A stretch of 64,000 nt of DNA. Source: an uncultured Chitinophaga sp. Its GTDB lineage: Bacteria; Bacteroidota; Bacteroidia; Chitinophagales; LD1. A program made the position numbers and the translations under genes. This document shows positions 8,852-16,851 of this stretch, one piece after another. Numbering within the stretch: the stretch's first letter is position 1; each line of letters opens with the position of its first letter. The stretch lies in assembly GCA_964615305.1 (NCBI GenBank), contig CAZTNA010000011.1, positions 13,023 through 77,022 of the forward strand. The letters run 5' to 3'. Under the pieces are notes generated by a model that saw only the letters and a program-made list of their open reading frames with translations, did no database searches and had not been told where the DNA came from.

Positions 8852-9694
8852 ATGACAGCACGCGACATAGAAAAATACAAACAGGAATTGGTTCCATTGA
8901 CAAATAACGACTTTGAGAAAGAGTTGCTATCTGCAAGTTTAGAAAATCTACTTGACAAAGAAAATAAGCTGCGATTTAACAACTTTGCTTGTGGTATAAG
9001 GGAACTATCAAGACATATTCTACACAATCTTTCGCCAGATAAAGAAGTAATGAATTGCGTTTGGTATAAAAATGAGAGTAAAAAGCCAGGACAACTAACA
9101 AGGGCAGAGAGAGTTAAGTATGCTATTCAAAAAGGACTTCCTGACAAATTCGTTGAAACATTTTACGATACAGACGAACACATCTGTGACATAAGGGAAA
9201 CTTTGGAGACGCTAAATAAATACACACACGTAAACCCAGACACCTTTAATATTCCTGAGGCTGATGTAAACAAACTTACAAGAGAAGTATTAGAGACATT
9301 TAAACGATTTACCTTTGGTATTGGTAATTTTCACAAACTTTTCAAAACTGAATTAGAAGAGCATATTGACAAAGTGGTGATGGAACATACCATCGAAGAG
9401 ACCTTTGACGACATAGATATTTTAGCGACACATCACAACATTGAAGAACACGAAACTACATCATATACTATAACCGAAATAGATAGTAGAAATATTTTTA
9501 TTGAGGCAAATGGTAGTTTAAGCGTTCGGCTTCAATATGGGTCTGACGGTGACTTAGCCAAAGGTGATGGGATGGAAATGAACACTTCTTTCCCATTTGA
9601 TTGTCGGCTGCAGATAATAATCAACGAAGACTTTTCAAAAAGCAAATACAAGACCTTAACTTTTAACATCAACACCGATGAATGGTATGAATAG
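8852..9694 (+). CDS. 281-aa hypothetical protein with an all-helical N-terminal domain carrying an R-x4-H (HEPN-like) motif and an acidic beta-rich C-terminal domain
   Basis: The start was moved to ATG 8852, downstream of the promoter box. NFACGIRELSRHILHNL gives R50 at 8999-9001 and H55 at 9014-9016. A second conserved-looking block is LNKYTHVNPDTF. Confidence 0.55.
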   Translation: MTARDIEKYKQELVPLTNNDFEKELLSASLENLLDKENKLRFNNFACGIRELSRHILHNLSPDKEVMNCVWYKNESKKPGQLTRAERVKYAIQKGLPDKFVETFYDTDEHICDIRETLETLNKYTHVNPDTFNIPEADVNKLTREVLETFKRFTFGIGNFHKLFKTELEEHIDKVVMEHTIEETFDDIDILATHHNIEEHETTSYTITEIDSRNIFIEANGSLSVRLQYGSDGDLAKGDGMEMNTSFPFDCRLQIIINEDFSKSKYKTLTFNINTDEWYE

Positions 9695-9858
9695 AAAACT
9701 ACTAACTAATATCGTATTGACAATATTGAGGTTGCCGGCTTTAGGCTCAATATTTGCAATTCTATTGGGCATTTGTGCAAATGATGTGCTGGTGTTTTTT
9801 CTAATGCCCTATCGACAACACTTGAGCCGTTAAAAGGCATTAAAAAGATACCACAAGA

Positions 9859-10062
9859 ATGATGGACTACGAAATAAGTGAAATAAGAAAGGTTACAAAA
9901 ATGCTTTCACCGACAGCAGACTTTGAGAGTGAATTTACATTTTACTATGATGAAACGAATAACATTAAAAAATTCTATGTCAGAGAAACTGACTTTAACT
10001 ACACATACACGTCAAATTTTGTTTTAGGCGGCTTAGTTCACTTGGGGCAAGCGTACGCTTAA
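9859..10062 (+). pseudogene. N-terminal fragment of a DUF3800-family gene, truncated after about 60 codons
   Basis: FTFYYDETNNIKKFYV...FVLGGLV matches the DUF3800 N-terminal pattern (YxDETgn...fvlGG). The frame ends abruptly where sequence homologous to the XRE gene 5' end begins. Confidence 0.5.
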
Positions 10063-10137
10063 TTTGCCTAAATCTGTGACTTCCTGTGGAATACGTGCTG
10101 CTGCCGTCATTTTTCCAAAAAAGGCAACACCACGACA
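10063..10137. repeat. Left copy of a repeated segment; it is the 5' end plus upstream leader of an XRE-type gene (minus-strand remnant MTAAARIPQEV..)
   Basis: The core 10081-10137 aligns with 22494-22548 (57 vs 55 nt, about 6 mismatches plus two 1-nt homopolymer indels). Weaker similarity (12/18) continues over 10063-10080 vs 22476-22493. Confidence 0.8.
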
Positions 10138-10288
10138 AAATCAAGCAAATAATAAAAGCTACTCCTTACTATAGTAGTTAATCTTTGTAGATAGTATTGG
10201 GCTTTTTATTTAACAGTATTTCATCTTTTCGGCGAGTCCTTTCACAAATTAATATGACTTTCTTTATTCTCTTACCCCAATCCATAAT

Positions 10289-10903
10289 ATGAAGCAGCTC
10301 ACTTTTATCTTAGGAATATTTCTTCTTGTATCTAGCACGATTACTGGTCAAATCATCTTTAAGAATTCAACTTACAAGGTAAATTTCAGTAATACGCTTC
10401 ACCAGCCCAGATATGTAAGCTATTTCCTCTATAAAGGAGGCGGAGATTGCGACCGTACTCCTTTTAGATTTAAGAACGACAAACCAGAATTAGAGTGTGC
10501 CACGGATCAGGATTATGCAGGAACAAAATACGATAAAGGCCACCTTGCAAACGCAGAGGATTTTGCATTCGATTGTACTAAGGACGAGGAAACATTCCGT
10601 TATTACAACTGCTTGCCGCAAACTACAAAGCTTAATCGAGGTATTTGGAAGTCGAAAGAGACCGAAATACGAAAGTGGTCGCAAAAGGAAAAACTCTATA
10701 TCATTTGTGGGGGATATTTCCAAGGTGTCACCATGAATAATGTGTCAGTACCGAGCTATTGCTGGAAAATTGTACAATCCGTTAAGACAAATGAGGTGCT
10801 GTTCTGTGGCTGGTTTATTAATACTTCGACCGCTACCCTCGAAGAAATATCAGTTTCAGAATTAGAAAAACGCCTTCATTCAAGAATCATTCTTCTTAAA
10901 TAA
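10289..10903 (+). CDS. Exported DNA/RNA non-specific endonuclease (Endonuclease_NS, Serratia NucA/EndoG family)
   Basis: Signal peptide MKQLTFILGIFLLVSSTITGQ. YDKGHLANAEDF is the DRGH-type motif (His85 codon at 10541-10543). NCLPQTTKLNRGIWKSKETEIRKW is the N..PQ...N.G.W metal-site block. Confidence 0.85.
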   Translation: MKQLTFILGIFLLVSSTITGQIIFKNSTYKVNFSNTLHQPRYVSYFLYKGGGDCDRTPFRFKNDKPELECATDQDYAGTKYDKGHLANAEDFAFDCTKDEETFRYYNCLPQTTKLNRGIWKSKETEIRKWSQKEKLYIICGGYFQGVTMNNVSVPSYCWKIVQSVKTNEVLFCGWFINTSTATLEEISVSELEKRLHSRIILLK

Positions 10904-10918
10904 ATTACGGAAACTACT

Positions 10919-12838
10919 ATGGCAGATTCTGTTTCTTCAGACATCGTTAAATATCCATTTGAGAATATAGCATTATCGTTCTCTGGTGGAGGCTTTCGCG
11001 CTGCTTCCTTTGCCTTAGGAACACTTTCATATTTCGACCACCTCAAAGTCAAAGAGGCAGAAACAGAATCGTCCCTATTACGTCGAGTAACGTATATGTC
11101 ATCTGCATCAGGCGGTACAATAGCAACAGCGCTGTACGCTCTTATGAGTGTTGAAGAGACATTTACGTTTGGTGCTTTTTATAAAAAGCTTTTTACGGCC
11201 CTTGATGGCGATGCACTGCTGGCCCGTGTGCTCATAATTCTTGAGGATGAAGACAAACTTTGGGAAAGCCGCAAAGGAAAGCAGAGGAATTTCATCAATG
11301 CATTTGCCTTGGCTTATGATGAAATCTTGTTTGATGGACAAACACTTTCTGCGTTACAGAAACCCAATACCTCTTCGAATTTATACGAAGTTTGCTTTAA
11401 TACTACTGAGTTTTATCGCGGACTTCTCTTTCGCCAGGCAGTAAAGTTGCGCCCTTTTGAAGAAAAGGAGGGACAATTCTTATTTGGTAATTTTCTTTTC
11501 AATCTTGATCACAATGCTGCCGGTCACTTAAAATTATCGGATGTTCTTGCTGCTTCCTCTTGCTTTCCTGGTGGGTTTGAGCCAATTGCCTTCCCTTCGG
11601 ATTTTATTCATTCATCCAGCCCATCTGCCAAGGAATTTATAGGGGCACTACATTTTGAGCTACAGACTGGAGATATGGACGAGCTAAAGTTTCTCTTTGG
11701 CGATTTACCTGTAGATACATTAAAGGCAAACCGGGATATTCTCTTGGGTAAGGCCGAAGGCGAACTGAAATATGTAAAGTTGCCGAATATTGGTTTTATG
11801 GATGGTGGCATTTCTGACAACATTGGGATTGAAAGCATGATGAAAGCGAATGATCGCAGGTCTCGGAAGGAATCCGCTATCCCCCCTTTTGATTTCATGA
11901 TGACTAACGATGTGGGAAGCCAGTTCATGGATTCTTATCAGCTTCCAGAGAACAAAAGGAGTCGCTTCGGATTTCTCAATGTCAATTTTCTCATCGGTCT
12001 TTTTACCATGTTTCTATTAGTTGGTATACCGTTGCTTATATGGGGCTTCTTCCCCGAATCGATGGTACTAACCTATGTATGTGTTATGGTAGGATCTACA
12101 CTATCTTTTTCCAGTTTACTGTTTTTCTCGTTGCTGTTTTTCGCTCATTATAAAATTGTCGGGGCTACGGAGAAAAATGGCGGATTGAATTTAGATAAAA
12201 ACTTCTCGCCTGTCATCATTAAGAAACTCTCCAAGCACTTACGAAAAATAAACCTTGATACCCTCATTCAGATGGTAAAGGCCCGTAGTGCCTCACTCAT
12301 TATTCTGAACACTGATGTTTTTCTCAAAAGGGTTCGCCAGCTTTTATACAATGACTTTTTCGATTCCTCATTATGGAACTACAAAGTGAAAGGCAACCGG
12401 GCATATGACCTAGCATTGAGTAATGACGCTCACCGAAAACCAAAAGAAAACGTACAGGATGAACCAACGCCTGCTATGAGAAAGGTTGCAGAAATTGCAT
12501 TCACTATGGGCACTACCTTGTGGTTTGACCAGGGAGAAAGCAAAAACTCGCATAAGCAGGCCTGTATTATTGCTTCCGGCCAGTTTACCACCTGTTACAA
12601 CCTGCTGGAGTACGTGCAACGTGTTCTGCGCAATAAGAAACTATTTGATGGGCTGGAGAGCAAGTATCAAGAACGGCTTATTGACCTGGAAACCAAATTA
12701 AAGAAAGACTATCGAGCGTTTCAGAAAGACCCATTCTTTCTTTATAACCAGTTAGGTCATGACTTTAGTATTGAAAATTTTATGCCGGTAGACGAAACTG
12801 AAGTACCTTTTCCCGAAACGTTTAAAAACCTTATCTAG
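10919..12838 (+). CDS. cPLA2/patatin-like phospholipase with a central hydrophobic hairpin and an uncharacterised C-terminal domain
   Basis: SGGGFRAAS (10985-10999) is the oxyanion motif. SSASGGT is the nucleophile elbow (Ser64 codon at 11108-11110). FMDGGISDNIG has Asp295 at 11801-11803. Hydrophobic segments FLNVNFLIGLFTMFLLVGIPLLIWGFF and MVLTYVCVMVGSTLSFSSLLFFSLLFF span about 11966-12150. Confidence 0.85.
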   Translation: MADSVSSDIVKYPFENIALSFSGGGFRAASFALGTLSYFDHLKVKEAETESSLLRRVTYMSSASGGTIATALYALMSVEETFTFGAFYKKLFTALDGDALLARVLIILEDEDKLWESRKGKQRNFINAFALAYDEILFDGQTLSALQKPNTSSNLYEVCFNTTEFYRGLLFRQAVKLRPFEEKEGQFLFGNFLFNLDHNAAGHLKLSDVLAASSCFPGGFEPIAFPSDFIHSSSPSAKEFIGALHFELQTGDMDELKFLFGDLPVDTLKANRDILLGKAEGELKYVKLPNIGFMDGGISDNIGIESMMKANDRRSRKESAIPPFDFMMTNDVGSQFMDSYQLPENKRSRFGFLNVNFLIGLFTMFLLVGIPLLIWGFFPESMVLTYVCVMVGSTLSFSSLLFFSLLFFAHYKIVGATEKNGGLNLDKNFSPVIIKKLSKHLRKINLDTLIQMVKARSASLIILNTDVFLKRVRQLLYNDFFDSSLWNYKVKGNRAYDLALSNDAHRKPKENVQDEPTPAMRKVAEIAFTMGTTLWFDQGESKNSHKQACIIASGQFTTCYNLLEYVQRVLRNKKLFDGLESKYQERLIDLETKLKKDYRAFQKDPFFLYNQLGHDFSIENFMPVDETEVPFPETFKNLI

Positions 12839-12840
12839 TA

Positions 12841-13737
12841 ATGGCATTTTTACAAAGAACGGCTCCTTTCCGGCTCCTCGTTTTAGTTGCAATTCTTGGA
12901 ACATTGCTGAACCAGTCCTGTAGGACCTTGCCGGTAAGTGCTCCGAAGGAATTGGCTGAAGCAACCTATTCATTACACCTCAACCTTGATGAAAGCTTCT
13001 CGCATACTATTGCACTTATGGAAGAACGCAATTACTTGCGCCTTACAGACACTTTCATCTCACGGGCAAACTATTCGGATACCATATCAAGAAAACTGAG
13101 CCTCCAGTTCGACAAACGACTTAGATATATCAATGTTCTCAACGCGTATTTCAATGCTCTTGCGGCCCTAGCTGAAAAGAACAATACGAGTGAGGTACAT
13201 GATGCGGCGTGTAAGCTAAATAATGCTCTTACCGGGTTGAAGGAAAAAGTGCCAAGTTCCGAACAAGGATTTTATAAAGCAACTTCGCTAGGCTTTAGTG
13301 TTATCACGGATTTAATCATTCGGTCTATAAGCCAAAATATTCAGCGCAAAACCATCAAGCTGGCTATGGATACGGCCGGACCAAGCCTGGATACTATCTG
13401 CAAATTACTGATTGCGGATCTTAAAATAGCAGACATGGCTGCAACCAATAACGGCAATTCAGTAATCCAAAGACTTATCATCACAAGAAACTCAGATTCT
13501 TCGCTCACGAATCGGGTAGCTTGGGACAAGAATATTCATGACCGGATGAAAGAAATGAACAATCTTCATAACTCATATCAATGCGCAATAGCTCTGTTAC
13601 AGTCCTTACCCTCTGCACATGCACAAGCGAGAAAAACGTTAGATAAGAAAATCGAATTCCGTGATGCTATATCGTATGTTTCGTCACAAGGGTCCGAACT
13701 CGGTGCATTATATAGCAAAATAAAATCGTCTCAGTAA
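12841..13737 (+). CDS. 298-aa exported (possibly lipidated) all-helical protein, unknown function
   Basis: The N-terminus MAFLQRTAPFRLLVLVAILGTLLNQSC is a signal peptide ending in Cys, though not a canonical lipobox. The start lies 2 nt after the lipase stop. Confidence 0.6.
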   Translation: MAFLQRTAPFRLLVLVAILGTLLNQSCRTLPVSAPKELAEATYSLHLNLDESFSHTIALMEERNYLRLTDTFISRANYSDTISRKLSLQFDKRLRYINVLNAYFNALAALAEKNNTSEVHDAACKLNNALTGLKEKVPSSEQGFYKATSLGFSVITDLIIRSISQNIQRKTIKLAMDTAGPSLDTICKLLIADLKIADMAATNNGNSVIQRLIITRNSDSSLTNRVAWDKNIHDRMKEMNNLHNSYQCAIALLQSLPSAHAQARKTLDKKIEFRDAISYVSSQGSELGALYSKIKSSQ

Positions 13738-13748
13738 AACTCAACGCA

Positions 13749-14057
13749 ATGAACGAACTATCACAACAATTGACCGATTTAGCTAATGAATTGAATACGC
13801 TAGCTGCATCGTATAAAGATCAAGATGGTAAGCGACTTCTGGATTTACAGGATCAGTTGATTGACTCTGCAAATGCCGCCTCACTCAAACAATTACAAGT
13901 GAGCGATGAAAACTATAAAGACGCACTTGCCCAAATACAAAAAGCGATGGACATTATTGCTAAGGGTAGTAAGAAGATTGATACCATTACAAAAGTGATA
14001 GGTATCGCAGGTAAGGTTCTAGAATCTACGGCCAAAGCCATTGCTACCGTTTTGTGA
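13749..14057 (+). CDS. 102-aa helical protein with an amphipathic Gly/Ala-rich C-terminal tail, unknown function
   Basis: Starts 11 nt after the preceding stop. Heptad-like helical sequence. The tail is ITKVIGIAGKVLESTAKAIATVL. Confidence 0.55.
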   Translation: MNELSQQLTDLANELNTLAASYKDQDGKRLLDLQDQLIDSANAASLKQLQVSDENYKDALAQIQKAMDIIAKGSKKIDTITKVIGIAGKVLESTAKAIATVL

Positions 14058-14441
14058 ATTATCTAAATGGTTGTAAATATGTTTCCTACTATAATCTTAT
14101 TGCACACTACTCTTAGTTGTTGTTCCTTGAACTTTACATTATTCTAAAAGTGTTTTCATTACCCCCCATAGTTCTAAATCCCAAAGTTTTTCTTTCTCAA
14201 CAGTGCCTTTTGTTAATGAGAATGTTGTAACATCTTTGCTTGATGAAAAGCTCTATCCATTACTTTGTTGCCCATACTTCTTTTGCAATACTTATACCCA
14301 AAGGGCTACTCTTACCGCCTAACGCATTCTTGTACAATTATCTTTAGTGTGAAGAGTTAACAAAACCTCAGCTTTTCGGTGATTGTTTGTGTTAGATCAA
14401 AATTCAATTTTTATGGATTACTTATCCAAAAAAATTTGTTT

Positions 14442-15173
14442 ATGGAATACCAGAAGCTGACTGACCTCATTCCAGCGATTTCAATGCTCCTTTCTGCAAT
14501 GATAGTAACTCTGGTTATCGTGTTGAAGTTTGGCGACAAGATATTCGATAACGGATTGAAAAATGATAATACTTTGATTATCGTAGTCGTGTTCTTATTC
14601 ACATTCGTCCTGACAACCCATCTATTCAAAGAACAGGCCTGGACGGCAGACATACTCAAGATTCTGATAGGTGCGCTAATTGGGGCCGGCTCTGTAAAAT
14701 TAACCCAGTCAAAGGAAGCTGAGCAAGTCCGGATGGGAATGACGGGGAACGACATCAGAAATAGCGTTGTTAATCAAGCATTAGGGGATATAAGCCAAAA
14801 GATTGAGTCGTTCAAGTCGGAAATGAGTAATTTTGAAAACGCAGTTATTAATCAGTACCCTGCGATAGAGAAGAGGCTTGAGTCTATACAACAAGATCAA
14901 TCTAAGCCTCATATAAATATGCAATTTTCTATGCGCTTGGAAACGGGCGATGAAACTCTTTTGGAGCACCTTGAAGAGTTAAGAAAATCCGACGATTGGC
15001 AGGTCGCATGGCTTGAAGCCGTCCTCAACTATCCCGAATTCCGCCAAGTCATAAAGGAAAAGTTAAAGAAAATTGAAACAGAGGGATGGGAATTCACCTC
15101 CCTTAAGTTAATAGATAATGTTAATCGCGGGGTTATTATAGGCTTAGATGTGAGGAAGCCGTATGTCCATTAG
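14442..15173 (+). CDS. 243-aa membrane protein (about 3 TM segments) with a soluble C-terminal domain, unknown function
   Basis: Start taken at ATG 14442 (MEYQKL); the ORF-track start at 14379 is GTG. The TM stretches are IPAISMLLSAMIVTLVIVL, LIIVVVFLFTFVLTTHLF and ILKILIGALIGAGSV. Confidence 0.55.
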   Translation: MEYQKLTDLIPAISMLLSAMIVTLVIVLKFGDKIFDNGLKNDNTLIIVVVFLFTFVLTTHLFKEQAWTADILKILIGALIGAGSVKLTQSKEAEQVRMGMTGNDIRNSVVNQALGDISQKIESFKSEMSNFENAVINQYPAIEKRLESIQQDQSKPHINMQFSMRLETGDETLLEHLEELRKSDDWQVAWLEAVLNYPEFRQVIKEKLKKIETEGWEFTSLKLIDNVNRGVIIGLDVRKPYVH

Positions 15174-15346
15174 AAGGAACAATAGAGTCGTCCAATATAA
15201 CTGCCATCTTGCCTTCACTTAGAGGCAAAACCTAATAGCCCGAGCATTAGCGCTGTATCAACTTTCAGGGAGTTGACATATTCACCTAGTAAAGATTCTA
15301 CTTTTGCCCGGCTGACACATTAATTCCTATTTTTGGTTCACGTTCT

Positions 15347-16840
15347 TTACTCTTTAATGACTTTACCACTTTTCACAGTACGCCATTCTTCTGTAATACT
15401 CCAGATATACAAGCCTGTTGTCCAATTATCAGTATATACGGTTGTTACTTCTCCTTCAATTTTTTGAGCACTAATTTTTCTACCAAATAAATCGGCGATG
15501 ACTATTGATGCATTGTTTAGCTGGGCGCCGTTGATTTGAATTTGAAAAAAATCTTTCGCAGGATTAGGGAAAACTGTTACAGAAACTGAGGGGGGATAAT
15601 ACGTTATACTATTATAAAATATTGCCTCGCAAGTATCGTTGCTAAAGCAACCGTTGCTATCTATACGCATAATAAAAGCAACTTGACGGTTGATCGAGTC
15701 TACTGTGCTGCCGCTTAATACAAAACCGCCATTGGGTATAGTATCAATACCGGAAATGTAAAAGGAATGACCAGCAGGCCAATTGACCCCGGGTAAGTCT
15801 TTATAAGTCGCTTCCCAAACCATATCACCAGTATCATTAATTTTAAAAACCCAACCTTCAGAAGCAGATGTTTTATTACCACAAAAAACATGACCATCAG
15901 AAACGCGAACATTATTCCAAAGCCCGTATCGGTCAGTAGGGCCAAAAACGTCGTAGATTATCCATGATTTTTTCCATTGCAATTGAAGCCCTGTGTCAGT
16001 TTGTAGAACTTCCATAATTTGAGTTTGGTTGTTATTTGTATAATAGAATTTATTAAACAAATAGTAGTTTCTTTCATTGTTGTAATCCATTAAGTGCAAC
16101 TCGCCTAACCCTAACGAGAATGAATCATAACGATCAAAGGCTAAGTTGCCATCTTTATCCACTTTCATTATATGTCCCATCCATTGCCAAGCAGGGCCGG
16201 TGCTCACGGCAAAAACCACCCCGCTATCACTTGTGGGAAATATCCCTCTGCATAGATCTGATTCAGTAGTAATGAATTTGCGTTCCCAAATTTTATTGAG
16301 CCCCGTATCATATTTTGCAATCAGTAAATTACTACGGTCACTAAATGAGTCTACAATTTCGCCCACCACATATATGAAATCACCCTGCTTAGTAATGCCT
16401 TCATAGTAAACAGAAGAATCTTGTTTGTTTAATGCATAATTAAATGAACCTGTTGTGTCAAATGAGTACAAGCATCCTGCTGCCTTGTAAGGGGCATACG
16501 AATTACTTCCTGTTGCGTATATCTTACCTTCGGCTTCTAAATACATTGCATTGGGTAAAGCGGGGTAGTATGAAACACTGTCACCTAATGTATCAGCCTT
16601 TTGAAGAAAGAGTTGATTTCCTTCTAAATCATGCTTTGTAAGATAAACTTTATAACTACCTACAGTCGTCTCCCGTATAAAACCGCCAAATACATAAAAT
16701 TTACCTTCGAAGTATTTTACTTCCTTACCCCATGAATATTTAAGCGTATCAAAATTAGCTCGATGGAAAAAATTTACCTGTGCATAAGAAACACTTATGC
16801 ACAGGTAAAGAAAACATGATATGAAAAATAGGTTTTTCAC
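15347..16840 (-). CDS. T9SS type A sorting domain-containing secreted protein (beta-propeller-like body)
   Basis: Signal peptide MKNLFFISCFLYLCISVSYAQ. The C-terminus VTVFPNPAKDFFQIQING...GLYIWSI...GKVIKE matches the Por secretion tail. Confidence 0.85.
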   Translation of the reverse strand: MKNLFFISCFLYLCISVSYAQVNFFHRANFDTLKYSWGKEVKYFEGKFYVFGGFIRETTVGSYKVYLTKHDLEGNQLFLQKADTLGDSVSYYPALPNAMYLEAEGKIYATGSNSYAPYKAAGCLYSFDTTGSFNYALNKQDSSVYYEGITKQGDFIYVVGEIVDSFSDRSNLLIAKYDTGLNKIWERKFITTESDLCRGIFPTSDSGVVFAVSTGPAWQWMGHIMKVDKDGNLAFDRYDSFSLGLGELHLMDYNNERNYYLFNKFYYTNNNQTQIMEVLQTDTGLQLQWKKSWIIYDVFGPTDRYGLWNNVRVSDGHVFCGNKTSASEGWVFKINDTGDMVWEATYKDLPGVNWPAGHSFYISGIDTIPNGGFVLSGSTVDSINRQVAFIMRIDSNGCFSNDTCEAIFYNSITYYPPSVSVTVFPNPAKDFFQIQINGAQLNNASIVIADLFGRKISAQKIEGEVTTVYTDNWTTGLYIWSITEEWRTVKSGKVIKE

Positions 16841-16851
16841 GGTATGCGAGC

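Noticed and set aside
9721-9800. Imperfect hairpins after the 8852-9694 stop (CAATATTGAG/CTCAATATTT; ATTTGCA/TGCAAAT) followed by a T-run at about 9794-9800
   Set aside because: The stems are AT-rich, short or mismatched, with long loops. A terminator is plausible but too weak to call.
14058-14441. Short open frames on the minus strand (e.g. ..EKEKLWDLELWGVMKTLLE stop) and a similar one at 15190-15320 (..SRAKVESLLGEYVNSLKVDTALMLGLLGFASK stop) that might be gene remnants
   Set aside because: They are too short, lack start codons and carry no recognisable motif. I cannot distinguish them from chance in AT-rich DNA without a database search.
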